Shown: in pieces, positions 11,261-23,899 of the stretch
How the letters are laid out: every line of letters begins with the position of its first letter
Position numbering within the stretch: the stretch's first letter is position 1
NCBI RefSeq assembly: GCF_036971445.1
Contig: NC_091472.1
Span: forward strand, 13,020,001-13,084,000
Source of the DNA: Narcine bancroftii
Lineage: Eukaryota
Length of the DNA: 64,000 nucleotides
Direction: 5' to 3'
Program-made: the position numbers and the translations under genes
Notes under the pieces: model-generated
What the model saw: only the letters and a program-made list of their open reading frames with translations
Told to the model about the DNA's origin: nothing
Database searches by the model: none

Positions 11261-12774
11261 GATTGCTCTCCGACCTGCTGAGTATTTCCATATTTTTTCT
11301 CAGTTTTCCAGCATCTGCAGTATTTTGCCTTCGTATGGTTTATCTTCTGTTAGCATGGGGGCATAAACCCAGATGCCAGCTTTCCTGCATCAATTGTACA
11401 AACCTGCCTGTCCAGTTACCAATCACTCCCCACCAGAACCCTTATTTCTTATTCCAATTGAGTTGGGTTGAAGACATTTAATAAACATCTCTACACAGTG
11501 CAGAAGATAACATCCGTTTATGTCAACAGAAGTCTCCTCCACATTCCACCTCTTCCTTCCCCAGACTACTCTGGGAAGTGGAGAGCCTCGATTGAAAGGC
11601 TTCAGCACCGACAATACAGGTACTGTGGTATGAGGAAGGGGGAAGCTGCAGGCTGGGCAGTGGACATCCACTGTTAACTCCTGGTCACCCCAGTCATTTA
11701 GCATACACTGAGGTGCCTGATTTAACCGTTTCAGGATGAGACTTGTTTTTGAGAATGCCAGTGCTGGCCACAATGGGCCATGGGATGGGACAGAACTGAT
11801 CAGCCACTCTTGTCCCTCAGGGTTTCTTTCGGACCATGCAACAATTTGGGTGGAAACAGATTTCCCTTAAATGCAAAAAGTCTCATCAATGGTAATGTTG
11901 ACTGGCATGCTCTCTCAGCATAAATACCGGTGTCTTGGAATACGTGCTATTCCAATGTAATCAATCTCCAGGACCTTCACATTCAATAATGGTGGTGTGT
12001 AAATGCAATGAGTTGCCGCTGCTCTCCAGTTGGTCACTACCAGCTGCCTTTCCAGCTCACTGGCTACACATTCAGGTGATTTTTGTGTCCGGATTACCAA
12101 CCAGGGTGTTCTGGTCTAGTCACTCTGCGAAGTTGCTTTGCTGGAACCATTCCCTCCTTCCCACAAGAGATGGGCCCGTACTTCCTCTGTTTTATTAAGA
12201 ACAGTCCAATGTATTTCCGAGGCAGCCAAAGGTGACAACCCTCCAGTTCCCAGGGAAAGGATTCCGGAATCAGATGCAGGAATTCCAAGCAGAACTCTTG
12301 AGGAAGGTGTGTCATGAACTTAAAACTTAAAACGTTGGCGGTGACAACTAGCACATCTGTTGCCTTTTACTTCGAACCCACGGCACCGTGAACGCTGAAA
12401 CACCCTCAGCCAGAACGAAGGATGAATTTGCAGAAGGAGAGCCCACGGGGGTTGAGGGGAATCTGCTGAGCCAAAATAGCAGAGGCTTGAGAAGCATTTG
12501 CCTTGAGGTTAAGAGGTGCTGGGCTCAGGAACACTTCATGCTGGGACTGGAGGACCCCAGGAATGTTTGCAATCACAGGAGCGTCTCCAGCAGGACTTTG
12601 GAGAGCTCTGGGTGAGAGGTACAATGTCTGCCTAAGGCTCCGAGCAGGATAACTTACTGCAATCGAATGACTATTAACTAGTTCAAAATAAGATCACGAA
12701 CAGATATATTGAGATTACATTAAGGATAGGGTAGTCCAATGATGTACCAAATCTCAGACGTTTCCTTCAGCCTT

Positions 12775-12915
12775 TCAGTCATCTTCAACCATTTCCCTCT
12801 TTATCTCACCACCTCCTTGTCTGGCTAGTGCCAGGATGGAATGATTGACTGCAGCCATTTCGACAGCTAACGAGATGGGGTCTTGCTGGGGATCACTGTG
12901 ACTTGTGTTTTCATC
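12775..12915 (-). CDS. HMBOX1: HMBOX1 last coding exon
   Basis: Acceptor ttctaaatgcag|GAT. Encodes DENTSHSDPQQDPISLAVEMAAVNHSILALARQGGGEIKREMVEDD*, matching the HMBOX1 C-terminus. Absent from the ORF track. Confidence 0.95.
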   Translation of the reverse strand, partial: DENTSHSDPQQDPISLAVEMAAVNHSILALARQGGGEIKREMVEDD

Positions 12916-13194
12916 CTGCATTTAGAAACAGTTCATCAGCCGAACTGGGAACTTGTCAAAGGACAGAATTCCTCCTCTCTCAGCGCCTGCAGCTGAATGG
13001 CAAGTGCCCCTGCCAGCAACATCAAGTTGTCCCTGGCACTGTGCTTTCCACTAGGCGATCAGGAACTGGGCACTGCAGTCTTCCCTGCAACCCCTGACAT
13101 CCCTCCACCCTTGTCAACACCCTCCAGCTATGCACAGCAACCTTGCGTCTTGCTAGCATACATATGCCAGTGCACAGTTTTATTTTTATTTGCA

Positions 13195-13400
13195 GAAGCC
13201 AATTCCAGCCATTTAAACCCACTGCCCAATTACAATCAAACTGATCTACAACCCTGTACATTTTGGAGTGTGGAAGGAAAGCAGAGCACACAGGAAAAAC
13301 CAACGTGACAAGGGGAGAACGTACAAACTCCTTACACACAGCACTGGATTCAAACCCAGGTTGCTGGAGATGTAACAGCATTGCCCTAACCGTGCCGTCC
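13195..13400 (-). mobile_element. tRNA-derived SINE (HE1-like)
   Basis: Reverse: gggtttgaatccagtgctgtgtgtaaggagtttgtacgttctcccc. Confidence 0.75.
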
Positions 13401-13974
13401 AGTTCACTAACCCTGTTATAACAGTATGGCAAGTTATTGTGAATCCTTTGCCAAACCTGAAGAGAAATAACAGCAAAAAAATTTTGACCTTTGTACGAGA
13501 TATCAAAACCGGAAATTCCTAGGTCAATTGTGAGATAAGAGTCAGCCAAGAGACATCCCAGGCCAGCGGCCACAGTATAATTAAACTAAGGTAAGGGCAA
13601 GAGGTTTCCCTTTACAGGCTTAAAGGACTCCAGAATTATTGTGTCCTTTAAACTTGCAGACTTACCACATTATATGCAATTTGGTTTCAAATACCTGGGG
13701 GAACCCTGGAGGAATTTTTTTTTTAAACAACTGTGTAGGGTTTCACTTCTGGTTTTTAACTTCTCCCAAGAAATTAAATATCTCCAGGAATATGGGCAGG
13801 GGAAGTGGGTGGGCGATAAAAGGCACGATGATCCAATTATCCAAGACAAGGTTGTCAGCGAGAACTGAGATTTGTACCGATATTTTGCCACGGTTAAATA
13901 ATGGTGCTTTGTCACAAGTTGGCAGATTCAATAAACAAGCTCTCAGGGTGGAATGGAATATGAAATCTTAACAC

Positions 13975-15072
13975 TTGTAAAACATGGAGGTATGGTATTA
14001 AGGTTGATGGACAGGAAGAAGAGTAGGTATAAATGGGTTCTTTTTGGAATGGCAGCCAGTAACTAGTGGGGGACCGCAGGGCTCCGTGCTGGGGCCACAG
14101 TTATTTACAATATATGTCCCTGACTTAGATGTGGGAATAGATAGCAATATCTCAAAATTTGCAGACGACACGAAGTTGGGTAGCGGAGTTGGCTGTGTTG
14201 AGGACACTAGGAGGGCGCAGAGTGATTTGGACAAGTTAGGCGAATGGACCAAGACGTGGCAGATGCAATATAATATGGATAAATGCGAGGTTATCCACTT
14301 TGGAGGTAAGAACAGGAAAGAGGACTATTATCTAAATGGTATCTGTTTAGGAAAAGGGGAGATACAGAGTGACTTGGGTGTTGCTGTGCATCAGTCATTG
14401 AAAGTGGGCGAGCAGGTGCAGCAGGCGGTGAGGAAGGTGAATGCTATGTTGGCATTCGTAGCAAGAGGATCGGAGTACAGGAGTAGAGATCTTGCTACAG
14501 CTGTACAGGGCCTTGGTGTAACCTCATCTGGAGTACTGCGTGCATTTTTTGGTCTCCTTATCGGAGGAAGGATAGCCTCGCCATGGAGGGGGTGCAGAGA
14601 AGATTCACAAGACTGATACCAGGGATGGAAGGACTTGCATATGAAGAAAGGTTGGATAGACTAGGCTTGTATTCTCTGGAATTTAGAAGAGGGGGGGTGG
14701 ATCTTATAGAAACATGTAATATTCTTAAGGGATTAGACAGACTAGATGCAGGTGGGTTGTTTCCAACGCTGGGAAAAACCAGAACCAGGGGTCACAGTTT
14801 AAGGATAAGTTTTTTAGGACTGAGATGAGGAAAAATTTCTTCTCTCAGAGGGTGGTGAATCTGTGGAATTCTTTGCCACAGGAAGTAGTTGAGGCCGGTT
14901 CCTTGTCAATATTTAAGAGTAGGTTAGATCTGGCCCTTGTGGCTAAGGGGATCAAGGGGTATGGCGAGAAGGCAGGAACCGGGTATTGATCAGCCATGAT
15001 CATAATGAATGGCAGTGTAGGCTTGATGGGCCAAATGGCCTACTCCTATACCTATTTTTCCATGTTTCCATG
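13975..15072 (+). mobile_element. 5'-truncated CR1 LINE (RT C-terminal part), frameshifted
   Basis: PQGSVLGPQLFTIY...SKFADDTKLG RT motifs; QRRFTRLIPGM; tail tttccatgtttccatg. Confidence 0.92.
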
Positions 15073-15479
15073 GAGCAAGGTGTCCAGTTCCACACTCCAC
15101 AATATGGAATGGATGGGGTCATCTGCTAGAATGACAAATTAGTGGGTTCAGTTATTTGGAGATGCCTTGCCAGGGTGGAGGCTGAAACGTTAGGAGTATT
15201 TAAGATACTAGAAGACAAGCATGTGGATGGAAGAAAAATAGAGGTTTACAGGGTAGAGAGGATTGGTTTTTTTTAAAAAAAGGAATATATAGGCTGTCAC
15301 AACATTGAGGGCTGAAGGGCCTGCACTGTGAGATCCTGATGTTTGAACTCCTTAGTGCAGGGGGGAAAAAAAATTAATAAAAATATTGTGGTTTTAACAG
15401 AATAAAAAAGCAATTTTTAGGGACACAGATTTTAGTTGAAATGCAAGAAACACTAAGTACTTTTTAAAGAAACAAACCA

Positions 15480-15716
15480 GGCAGCACAGTTAGTGCAGCG
15501 CTGTTACAACGCCAGAAGCTGGGCCCAGGGTTCGAATCCGGTGCTGTCTGTAAGGAGTTTGTCCATTCTCCCTGTGTCTGCATGGGCTTTCCATGGGGTC
15601 TCCGGTTTCCTCCCACCGTTCAAAACATACCAAGATTGTAGATCATTTGGGTGTAATTGGGCGGCACGGGCTCGTGGGCCGAAAGGGCCTGTGGCCATGC
15701 AGTATGTCTAAATTTA
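15480..15716 (+). mobile_element. tRNA-derived SINE (HE1/V-SINE-like), near full length
   Basis: A-box ggcagcacagttag, B-box gggttcgaatccgg, ccggtttcctccca core, CR1-like 3' tail gggccgaaagggcctgt. Confidence 0.85.
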
Positions 15717-16072
15717 AGTGTTTTAGTCTGGAACCTACTACCTAATCTACTTTCACAGCAAGTTTTAAAAGAGAATTCAGTAAATTATTTGGTGGAAATA
15801 TTTACAGGGCCAGAGGTGAATACAATAGACAAGGGCCACCAGAGGGAACAATTTAGAATCAATCCTCAGTTTGGACACAAGCTTTGACAGTGACAAGTTA
15901 CTGAACTGCTCGACTGCACCTTTCTAACTTTACCCAAGGCAAGAGACATCACAGGGTTAACACACAACTGTAGCCCAGTACTCATCCTCTTAACGTGTTG
16001 AGTTTCCGTAAGGAAATGTGAGAAAATTACCCCAATGACTGACAAGTTAACAGAAGGTAAGTAGCAATCTAC

Positions 16073-16167
16073 CTGCTCCATGAAATCACTCCCATCGACA
16101 TCATCACTATTGGAATGTCCACCTGGGCTCTGCACGTCGATACCATGGGTTTCTAGGATTGCTGCTT
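16073..16167 (-). CDS. HMBOX1: HMBOX1 coding exon (95 nt)
   Basis: (E)AAILETHGIDVQSPGGHSNSDDVDGSDFMEQ. Acceptor tttttcaaag|, donor CAG|gtag. Phase consistent. Confidence 0.95.
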
Positions 16168-16284
16168 CTTTGAAAAAGCAAAATTTCCATAAGAGAACAT
16201 CACCAGGCAAAACACTGAGACACTAGAAGGACCCAGTGGGTCAGACTCCATCCATGGAGAGAAATGCTCAGCCAATGGCTCGAT

Positions 16285-16405
16285 GACACTATTGGGATGT
16301 GAGAGGAAACCAGAACACCCGGAGAAAGTCCACACAGGCATAGGGAAAACTTGCAAACTCCACACAGACAGCATTGGAGGTAGGGATTGAACTGGGTTCG
16401 CTGAA
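16285..16405 (-). mobile_element. Partial HE1-like SINE
   Basis: Reverse: gtctgtgtggagtttgcaagttttccct...ccgggtgttctggtttcctctcacatccca. Confidence 0.6.
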
Positions 16406-16609
16406 GCCACAATTGTATTAGGTTTGCAGATGCACTGCCTAGACTCCTCTTGATCTGACACCCTGCACTCTGTGCTGCGTTTGTATTGCTTTACTCTATA
16501 GGGAATGGCTTGCTGGATTGCTCGTAAAACAAACTTTCTCAGTATCCTGATGTGCATGTGGCAATAAATGTACCTACTAGGTTGTTCAAAATATCTGATT
16601 TTGGTAACC

Positions 16610-18185
16610 CTCATCTCATATCCATGGACTTTAGCAAGGTTTCTGGCAAGGACCCACAACAGGTTACTCCGTTAGATTAGAAAGCAGCGGATCCAAGGTG
16701 TGCTGAACAACCAGTTGGTGGAAGGAAGGAGTCAGAGGTTAGTCCACAAGACTGTTCAGCTCACCTTGGATCCCCTGCTTATCAGCCCATCGAGTCTTCC
16801 CTGTGGTGGGGGGGGGAGGGGGCTGCTTTTTTGATTGGAGGCCCATGACCAGTGTTATGCACAGGGCCAGTGCTGCATCCCTTGTAAGTTATTTACATTA
16901 ATGACTTGGATGGCAAAGTAGTTGACATGATTATGAGATTTGGAGATGACATCAGAATTAGTGTAGTGGACTGTGAGGATGGATATCAACATTTACAACA
17001 GGATTTAGATCAGTTGGGAAGGTGGGTCAAGGAATGGCAAATGGAATTTAACTCTCCAGAGTTAAACATGTGAGGTGTTGCACTTAGGTAAGTCAAACCA
17101 GGGTAGGCCTTACACAATGAATGATAGAGCCCTGCAGGGTTTTGTAGAACAGAGACACTCCGGAGTAGAGGTGCACAATTCCATGAAAGTGGCCACTTGG
17201 GTGGTCAGGGTGGTGAAGGAAGTGCCTTCATTGGGGAGGGTATTGACTACAAAGATTGGAACCTTGTGACGCAGCTGTCCAGGCCAGTGGTGCGAATGCA
17301 CTTGGAGTACCGTGTAGTCCAGTTTTGGAAGGTTATTATGAAGTGAGGACATTAAGTACGACTGACGAGCAACTTACCTGCACTCAGAGAGACCATGGGG
17401 TTAGATTTTGTTTGTTTATTTTGATATTCAATAAGTTTCAAGCTGTGAATGAGGTTTCTTGTGGGCCTGAGTGGCAATATGCTGTTAAGGAGAATCTGAA
17501 AGAACACAGTCTCCTTTGCTGAAGACCTGAGACCCAAGTGAATCAAATCACGAGGGACAATGTAATTTTCCAGGGTAGGGAAGTTAAAACTAGAGGGCAG
17601 AGAATTGGAAAAGATTAAAGGGTACCTGAGAGGCACCTTTTTCCACACAGAACCATGACAGGCATGAAGTCAGAAATGGCTAGAATTACATTTAGAAGAC
17701 ATTTGGGCAGATACATGGGTAGGAAAGGTTTAGAGCAGGGGTGGCCCATTGACAGTTGGAACATAATAGTCTCTGACAATAAAATGCACTGCATGCACTT
17801 TGCATTAATTTGTTTCAACACTAGACGTCCATGCTGCTTTGAACAACTACTAGACTATTTTAAATTAAATTTAAGGGCAGCAGATTCAGAAATGCCTACT
17901 GTAATATGTAACACCAACAGTTCAAAATGTTTATTTGAGAGAAAATTAATTTTCAATGGAATAAAAACAGTTCATCTTGCAGTGTTGAAAACCGCCAGGC
18001 TTAACATTGTTTGGCCCATGACTCCTATATTTCTGTATGTGGCCAACAACCAAAAATATTTGGCCACCCCAGGTTTAGAATGACATTTGGGGCAAATGGG
18101 ACCATCGCAGATGGGCAACTGGGTTGGCATTGACATGCTGGGCTGAAGGGCCTGCATTTGTGCTATACAATTCAATGAATCTAAA
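16610..18185 (+). mobile_element. Degraded CR1 LINE fragments
   Basis: LHLGKSNQGR..., remnants of FADD-like and CR1 tail sequence. Confidence 0.75.
17736..18072. mobile_element. hAT (Charlie/Buster-type) MITE inserted in CR1
   Basis: TIRs CAGGGGTGGCC / TGGCCACCCCAG; 8-bp TSD gtttagag (17728-35) / gtttagaa (18073-80) with central TA. Confidence 0.85.
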
Positions 18186-18499
18186 ATGTCTAGAAGCTCC
18201 AGCCTCCCATTGTTTGCTGTTCTGCTTTTTCACCAGACTGGGAGCTTCCCAGAAACGATGGGGAAGGTCAAATACCTGATTGAAAATTTGCCAAAGCCTG
18301 TGGATGGTGAGTTGAATAAACTCAATTACATCTCCACCTCACGTCCTAACCCCTTCCACCTCCCCAACCCTCACAAACCTTGCAGGCTATTGATATACAT
18401 GCCTAAACTGCAAACATACCCAGGGCTCTGATCCTCCCACAAATACTCAAGTCACGTGGAGACCTCTGCTCAGGCAGCTAGGTTAGAATCGAAGTACTA

Positions 18500-21400
18500 T
18501 TCGGCAAAGAAACATGCCCTTCAGCCCATTCAGTCCATGCCAAACCATTATTCCATTGAGTCTCATCAAACTATACCTGGATTATATCTCTCACATCCAA
18601 GGTGTTATTGAAGCCACATCACCACCTCTGCTGGCAGCTTGTGCTACGCTCTCACCATCCTTTAAGTGAAATCGTAACCCAGGTGAATTGCCCATCTCAC
18701 CTTTCACGCTAAATCCATGTCCCATAGTTCTCATCTCACCAGACCTCAGTGGAAAAAGCCTGCTTGCATTAATCCTGAACCTCATCATTTTGTATCCCTC
18801 TGTCAAATTTCCCCTTATTCTCCTATGCTCCCTGGAATAGATTCTTAACCTGTACTAGCAAAACCTTGTAGATTTTTTGTGCACTCATTCAAATTTATTA
18901 ATATTGTTCCTGTAGGTAGGTGACCAAAACCGCACACAATACTTCAAATTTAGTCTCATCCCAACTCCTGTACTCAAAACTTTGATATATGAAGGCCAAT
19001 GTGCCAAAAGATCTCTTTACAACCCTATCAATCTGTGAAACCAGTTTCAAGGAATAACATATCTATATTCCCAGGTCCCATATTCTAGCTCACTTCACAA
19101 TGCCCTACTATTTACTGTGCAAGTACTATCCTGGTTTGTCCTCCCAAAGTGCAGCACCTCACACTAAAATTGCATCTGTCTAATCCCATTTACTACCTTG
19201 TCCAAAACACTGATCGACCAAACCTTCTTGACCTTGTTAAATAACTCATTAAAGTCAATGTAGACAACAACTACTTCATTTCCTTCATCAACTCTCCTTG
19301 TAACCTCCTCAGAAAACTGTAAGACCTACCTGTCTCAAAGCCATATTGCTTATCCAAATAATTATATTTCTGTCCAAGATTACCTTCTAGTAACTTTTTC
19401 ATTATTGATGTCAGACTCACCAGTCTATAATTCCCAGATTATTCTTAGAGCCTTTTTTAAACAATAGAATAACATAAGCTATCCTCCAAACCTCTGGCAC
19501 CTCAATAAATGGCTACAGTTGCTTTAAATACCTCTGCAAGAATTTCTGCACTCATCTCTCCCAAGGCCCAAGGGAATATCTTGTCTGCCCTGGGGATTTA
19601 GCCATCCTTTCTTGCTTTGAGACAGCAAGCATCTCCTCCTCTGTAATCTGTATAGGTCCATTTCCTCTCTGCTGATTTGCCACATTTCTACAAACTTGGG
19701 GTCCGTCTCCCAGGTAAATACAGATCAAGTTCTCCGCCATCATCTTTGGCTCCATGCATAGATGACCTATCTGATCTTCAAGAAGACTAATTTTGTACTT
19801 TGCTATCCTTTTGCTCATAATGTGCCTGTAGAAGCCCTTGGGATTTTCCTTCCCCTTGTCTCCCAGGACAACCTCATACCTCTTTTAGCTCTCTTTATTT
19901 CCTTTTTAGTGTTTTCTTGTAAATCCTATATTTATTTGTTCCTTGCCACCTATATCTGTTCTGCACCTCTTTCTTCTTGACCAGGGCCTCACATCTTTCA
20001 AATACTAAGGTTCCATATACCTGTTAGTCTTGCCGGTACATACAAATTCTACTCTCAGAATTTCACCCGCCCCAATCCACACTTGCCAGATTCTTTTTGA
20101 TTCCATCAAAATTGGACTTTCTCCAATTTTGAATCTCAACCAGACCAGACTTATCCTTTTCCATAATCATCTTGAAACTAGTGGCATTACACCCACAAGG
20201 CCCAAACTTCCCGACACACTTCCATCATCTCTCTCATTCCTTGAAACAAAACCAAGTATTGCACTCTCTCCAGGTGGGACCTCGATGTACTGATTGAGGA
20301 AACTTTCCTGACAGATTTGACAAACTCTACCCCTCCAGACATTTGAGAGTATGGGAATCCCAGTGAATATGTGGCAAGTTAAAATCACCTACTATCACAA
20401 TCTTCCATTTCTTGCTATCTCTCCAAACTTGCTCCTCCAATAATGCTGACTATTGGGTGGTCTATAATATAACCCCATAAATGTGGTCATCCCATTCTCA
20501 TTCCCCAGTTCCATAGACAAGTCCTCCTGTCTGACCAATGTCATCCCTCCCCATTTCATCCCTCCCTCTCTATCACATCTAAAACAGTATCCCAGAACAT
20601 TGAGTTGCCAGCTGTGCCTTTCCTGCAACTCATCATTCCATAAGCTGATCCATGTTCAAAGTTCATCTGCCTTTCCTACAATATTCCTTGCATTGAAATT
20701 AATGAAACTCAGAACATTACTCTCAATATACTCGATCTTTCTATCCCCCTGAATCAGAGCAGAACCATCAAACCTTCCCACAAGGACAATGGTCTGCCTC
20801 CAGTTCAGATGCAAGCCATCCTGCTGGTCTAACCTTTCCTGAAAGAGAGCCCTTCCTCCTGCATCATCTCCTTAACCACGTATTAAGCTGCATTATCCTC
20901 CTATTTCTAACCTCACTAGCATGCGGCGTGGGTAGCAGTCTTGAGATCGTGTCCTTTAACATAAGGACCAACTCTCTGAGGTTACTTTGCAAGACTTTGT
21001 CACCCTTCCTACCCACGTCATTGGTCCCAACATGGACTATGACATTTGGTTGCTCACCCTCCCACTTGAGAAGGCTGTGGACTAGAGCAGGGATGTCCCT
21101 GACCCTTGCACCTGGAAAGCAACGTATCTCCAGGAATCTCAATCTTGTCCATGGAACCTCTTCTCTATTCCCTTAACAAATGACTCCCTTATCACTGCAC
21201 TTCACCTCTTCTCCCTCTTCCTTTCTGAGCCCAAGAGCTAGACTCTGTGTCCCTGGTAAGTCGACCCCTCAACAGTATTTAAAATGGTATACATGTTATT
21301 GAGGACAACAGCCAGACAGGTACTCTGCACTGTCCATCTGTTCCCTTTCCCTCTCCAAAATGACCCTCAGCTACCTGTCTCTGAGGTGGGACTGCTTCCC

Positions 21401-21530
21401 TATAATTCCTGCCTATCATCCCCTCAGCCTCCTGAATGGTACGGAGTTCATCCAGTCCAGTTCTGTGACACAGTCTGTAAGGAGCTTCTTGCAGGTGTAG
21501 TAATCAGGGTCATTGGTGACAGGTTGTGAA
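18500..21530 (-). mobile_element. Long degraded CR1 LINE including ORF1 esterase and ORF2 EN/RT remnants
   Basis: CFPGARVRD...VHVGTND (SGNH esterase of CR1 ORF1) at 20864-21142; YYRPPNS (endonuclease); KSPG motif. Confidence 0.85.
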
Positions 21531-23899
21531 GGATCTGTGCCTTTCTCTCTTTTCTCCACTCAAGCAATGGATTTACTTATTATCCAAAAATCAGTTGATG
21601 TGAAAGTTTGAGCATCAGCTGCTTGAGGTGGGGATTCTACAAATTTAGAACCCTTTGAAAGAATTTCTCATCTCAATCCTAATTAATATCACTTATTTTA
21701 CATCCCCAACTCAAGACTCTCAAGCCTGAGGAAATAGTCTCTCAGAATCTTCCATCTCTCAATGAATGTTTGTCTAAAATCCTTACAATGTGTTGATATC
21801 AGACCAATGATTGCTCTGTGAAAACTAATTCACAATCAGGAAAAAAAAAACCACAAAGCATCGTTGGGGATGGAGAGAGCGTGACAGGGAGAGTGAAAGC
21901 GTGACGTGGAGACAGTGCAAGAGCCCCCTCTGACAGAGTGAGTGATGATGCTTTTGGTTGACAAGGTTTCATACATGTTGCTCTCCCTACAGACATTGTC
22001 TGACCGGCTGAATATTCCCAGGATTGAGTGTTTTTATATTGTTTTAAGCGAATGCAGCTTTTGCTTTATTTTGGAAAATATTGATTGCTCGGGCTTTTAA
22101 TGCAAAGGTGCGCAGAGTATCAGATGAAGATTCTGTTTTGTTGAGAGAACAAATTGAGATAACCTAAGGAAGCTGCAGAACAGAAGCACCTTTGTGCCAT
22201 AACTGTACAGACAGCACAGGATGACGTGTCAGGAAACTCGACAACATTTCTTCCTATTGATGGTGCTTTGCTGCCTGGAGGGGAAGGAGTGATGCAAATC
22301 AGAAGGTTTAATGTGTAATAATCACTGGACAATGTACATTGGTAAATAAAACAAGTTCAGTTCAGTTAACGCTTATAGTTGGAAAATCTATCAAGAATTA
22401 ATGCTAAAGTTCAGATACGTCAAACAATGTCCAGGAAAGAATAGATCTCAACCACTCATTGCAAAAGCATACGTAATGTAGTGAACTGGAGGGGGTGGGG
22501 GCGGTAGAGAGGGCAGTAAATTGAGAACACCTACAGATTTTACTGAAAGAAAGTGGATATAAATTCATTTGCGCTGTTATCAATATGTAAAGAAGACATT
22601 ATTGTTGAGTTACTGGTTAAAAAAAAACCATTGAACTGAATTGTTTATTGTCACCTGTACTGAGGAGATGAATCTGTGCACGAGTCAACCCATAGATGCA
22701 GAAAGGATTTACACAAAATGAAGGATTGTATGAGAATTTAGGGTTTACAGCTTTTCTGAAATAGCTGAACAGGTCTTAGAAAAAAAGAAGAGAGTGAAGG
22801 AGAATGTTGGAGGGTTTGAGATCCAGGTGAATCCAAAGGCACTCAAACAAGTTTTTAAACCAACAGATGAGATGAGAGCACAAGTACATCGTACCAATGA
22901 ACCGCAATTCCCACTTGCTGCAGCCAAACAGGTACGTAGTTATTGCTTTAAAATGAGAGCAAGGATGTGGAACTTTATCAGAGGAAATACCTGGGTGGAA
23001 AATAGTTCAGATACATTTGCCAAGGAAGCAGATTAAGAAAGAATGGAACGATGGCCTGAAAAGCTGAAGCAGAGAAAGTGCACGTTCATTGTACAGCAAC
23101 TGAAATAAACACAAAACATTCTGGATATACTCAGCTCAGGCAACAGGGAGAGAGTAGCACAGAATTAACATTTCAGGTTTGTGACATTTCATTAGATCTC
23201 ACAGTTCTGACAAACTGAAAAGGCTAGCTATCTGAAACCCCACATTTGATTCAGAGAGCTGTCACACACCCACTGAGTTGAAAAACTTCGTATGGATGGG
23301 TATCTGAAGGTAGACCTTGACATGTTGGCCAGTTCCTGGTCTCTGACTCTACAAGGTGCCGTTCCTTCAGCTGGCTTTGAAATATTGCAAGAGGCCATGG
23401 CTGCCGAGGTCAAAATAGCAATGAGATGGAGAATTAAAATGAAGGGCAAATGGAAGCCCTGGAAGATTGTGTTCTGCAAAGTGATTACCTCATCTACATG
23501 TACCATGTAGTCAGCAAGGGTTGCACTGGACTAAATTGGTAAAATAAGAAAATCTCTGCTTCAGTGTTTGGGTTCTATGGTAGTGGGAAGGGAAGAGATA
23601 AAAGCTTGCATGAGAAAAATGCACTGGCAGGGCGTTGATTGGTGGAGATGGAGGTGTTGAAGAGTCACAGAGAGATGGTCCCTTTAGGATACTGGAACTA
23701 GAAATATGGAGGGGGTGATACAAGTTTGGGGAGTGTGCCTGGTGCTGTGATCATATTGATAGTGGTGGAAGTTAAGGTTAATGATCTATTAAAGGTGAAG
23801 GTCGCTTGAGTGGAAGATAAAAGGGTCCTCAGACCTCTCTGGGTGGGAATGGAGGTGCAGGAAATGGAACAGGTAAGGTCGAAAACCCCATCAACCTTG

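Larger units (their letters stand above)
5340..12650 (-). pseudogene. Putative decayed coding sequence of unknown identity, fragmented by TE insertions
   Basis: Several protein-like minus-strand reading-frame blocks with stops and frameshifts, e.g. ~130 open codons at 6249-5857 with a GC3-rich core. No family recognised. Confidence 0.35.

Noticed and set aside
12651-12660. Minus-strand GTAAGT donor-like sites in the HMBOX1 3'UTR (also ~9503)
   Set aside because: No convincing paired acceptors; a 3'UTR intron cannot be supported without transcripts
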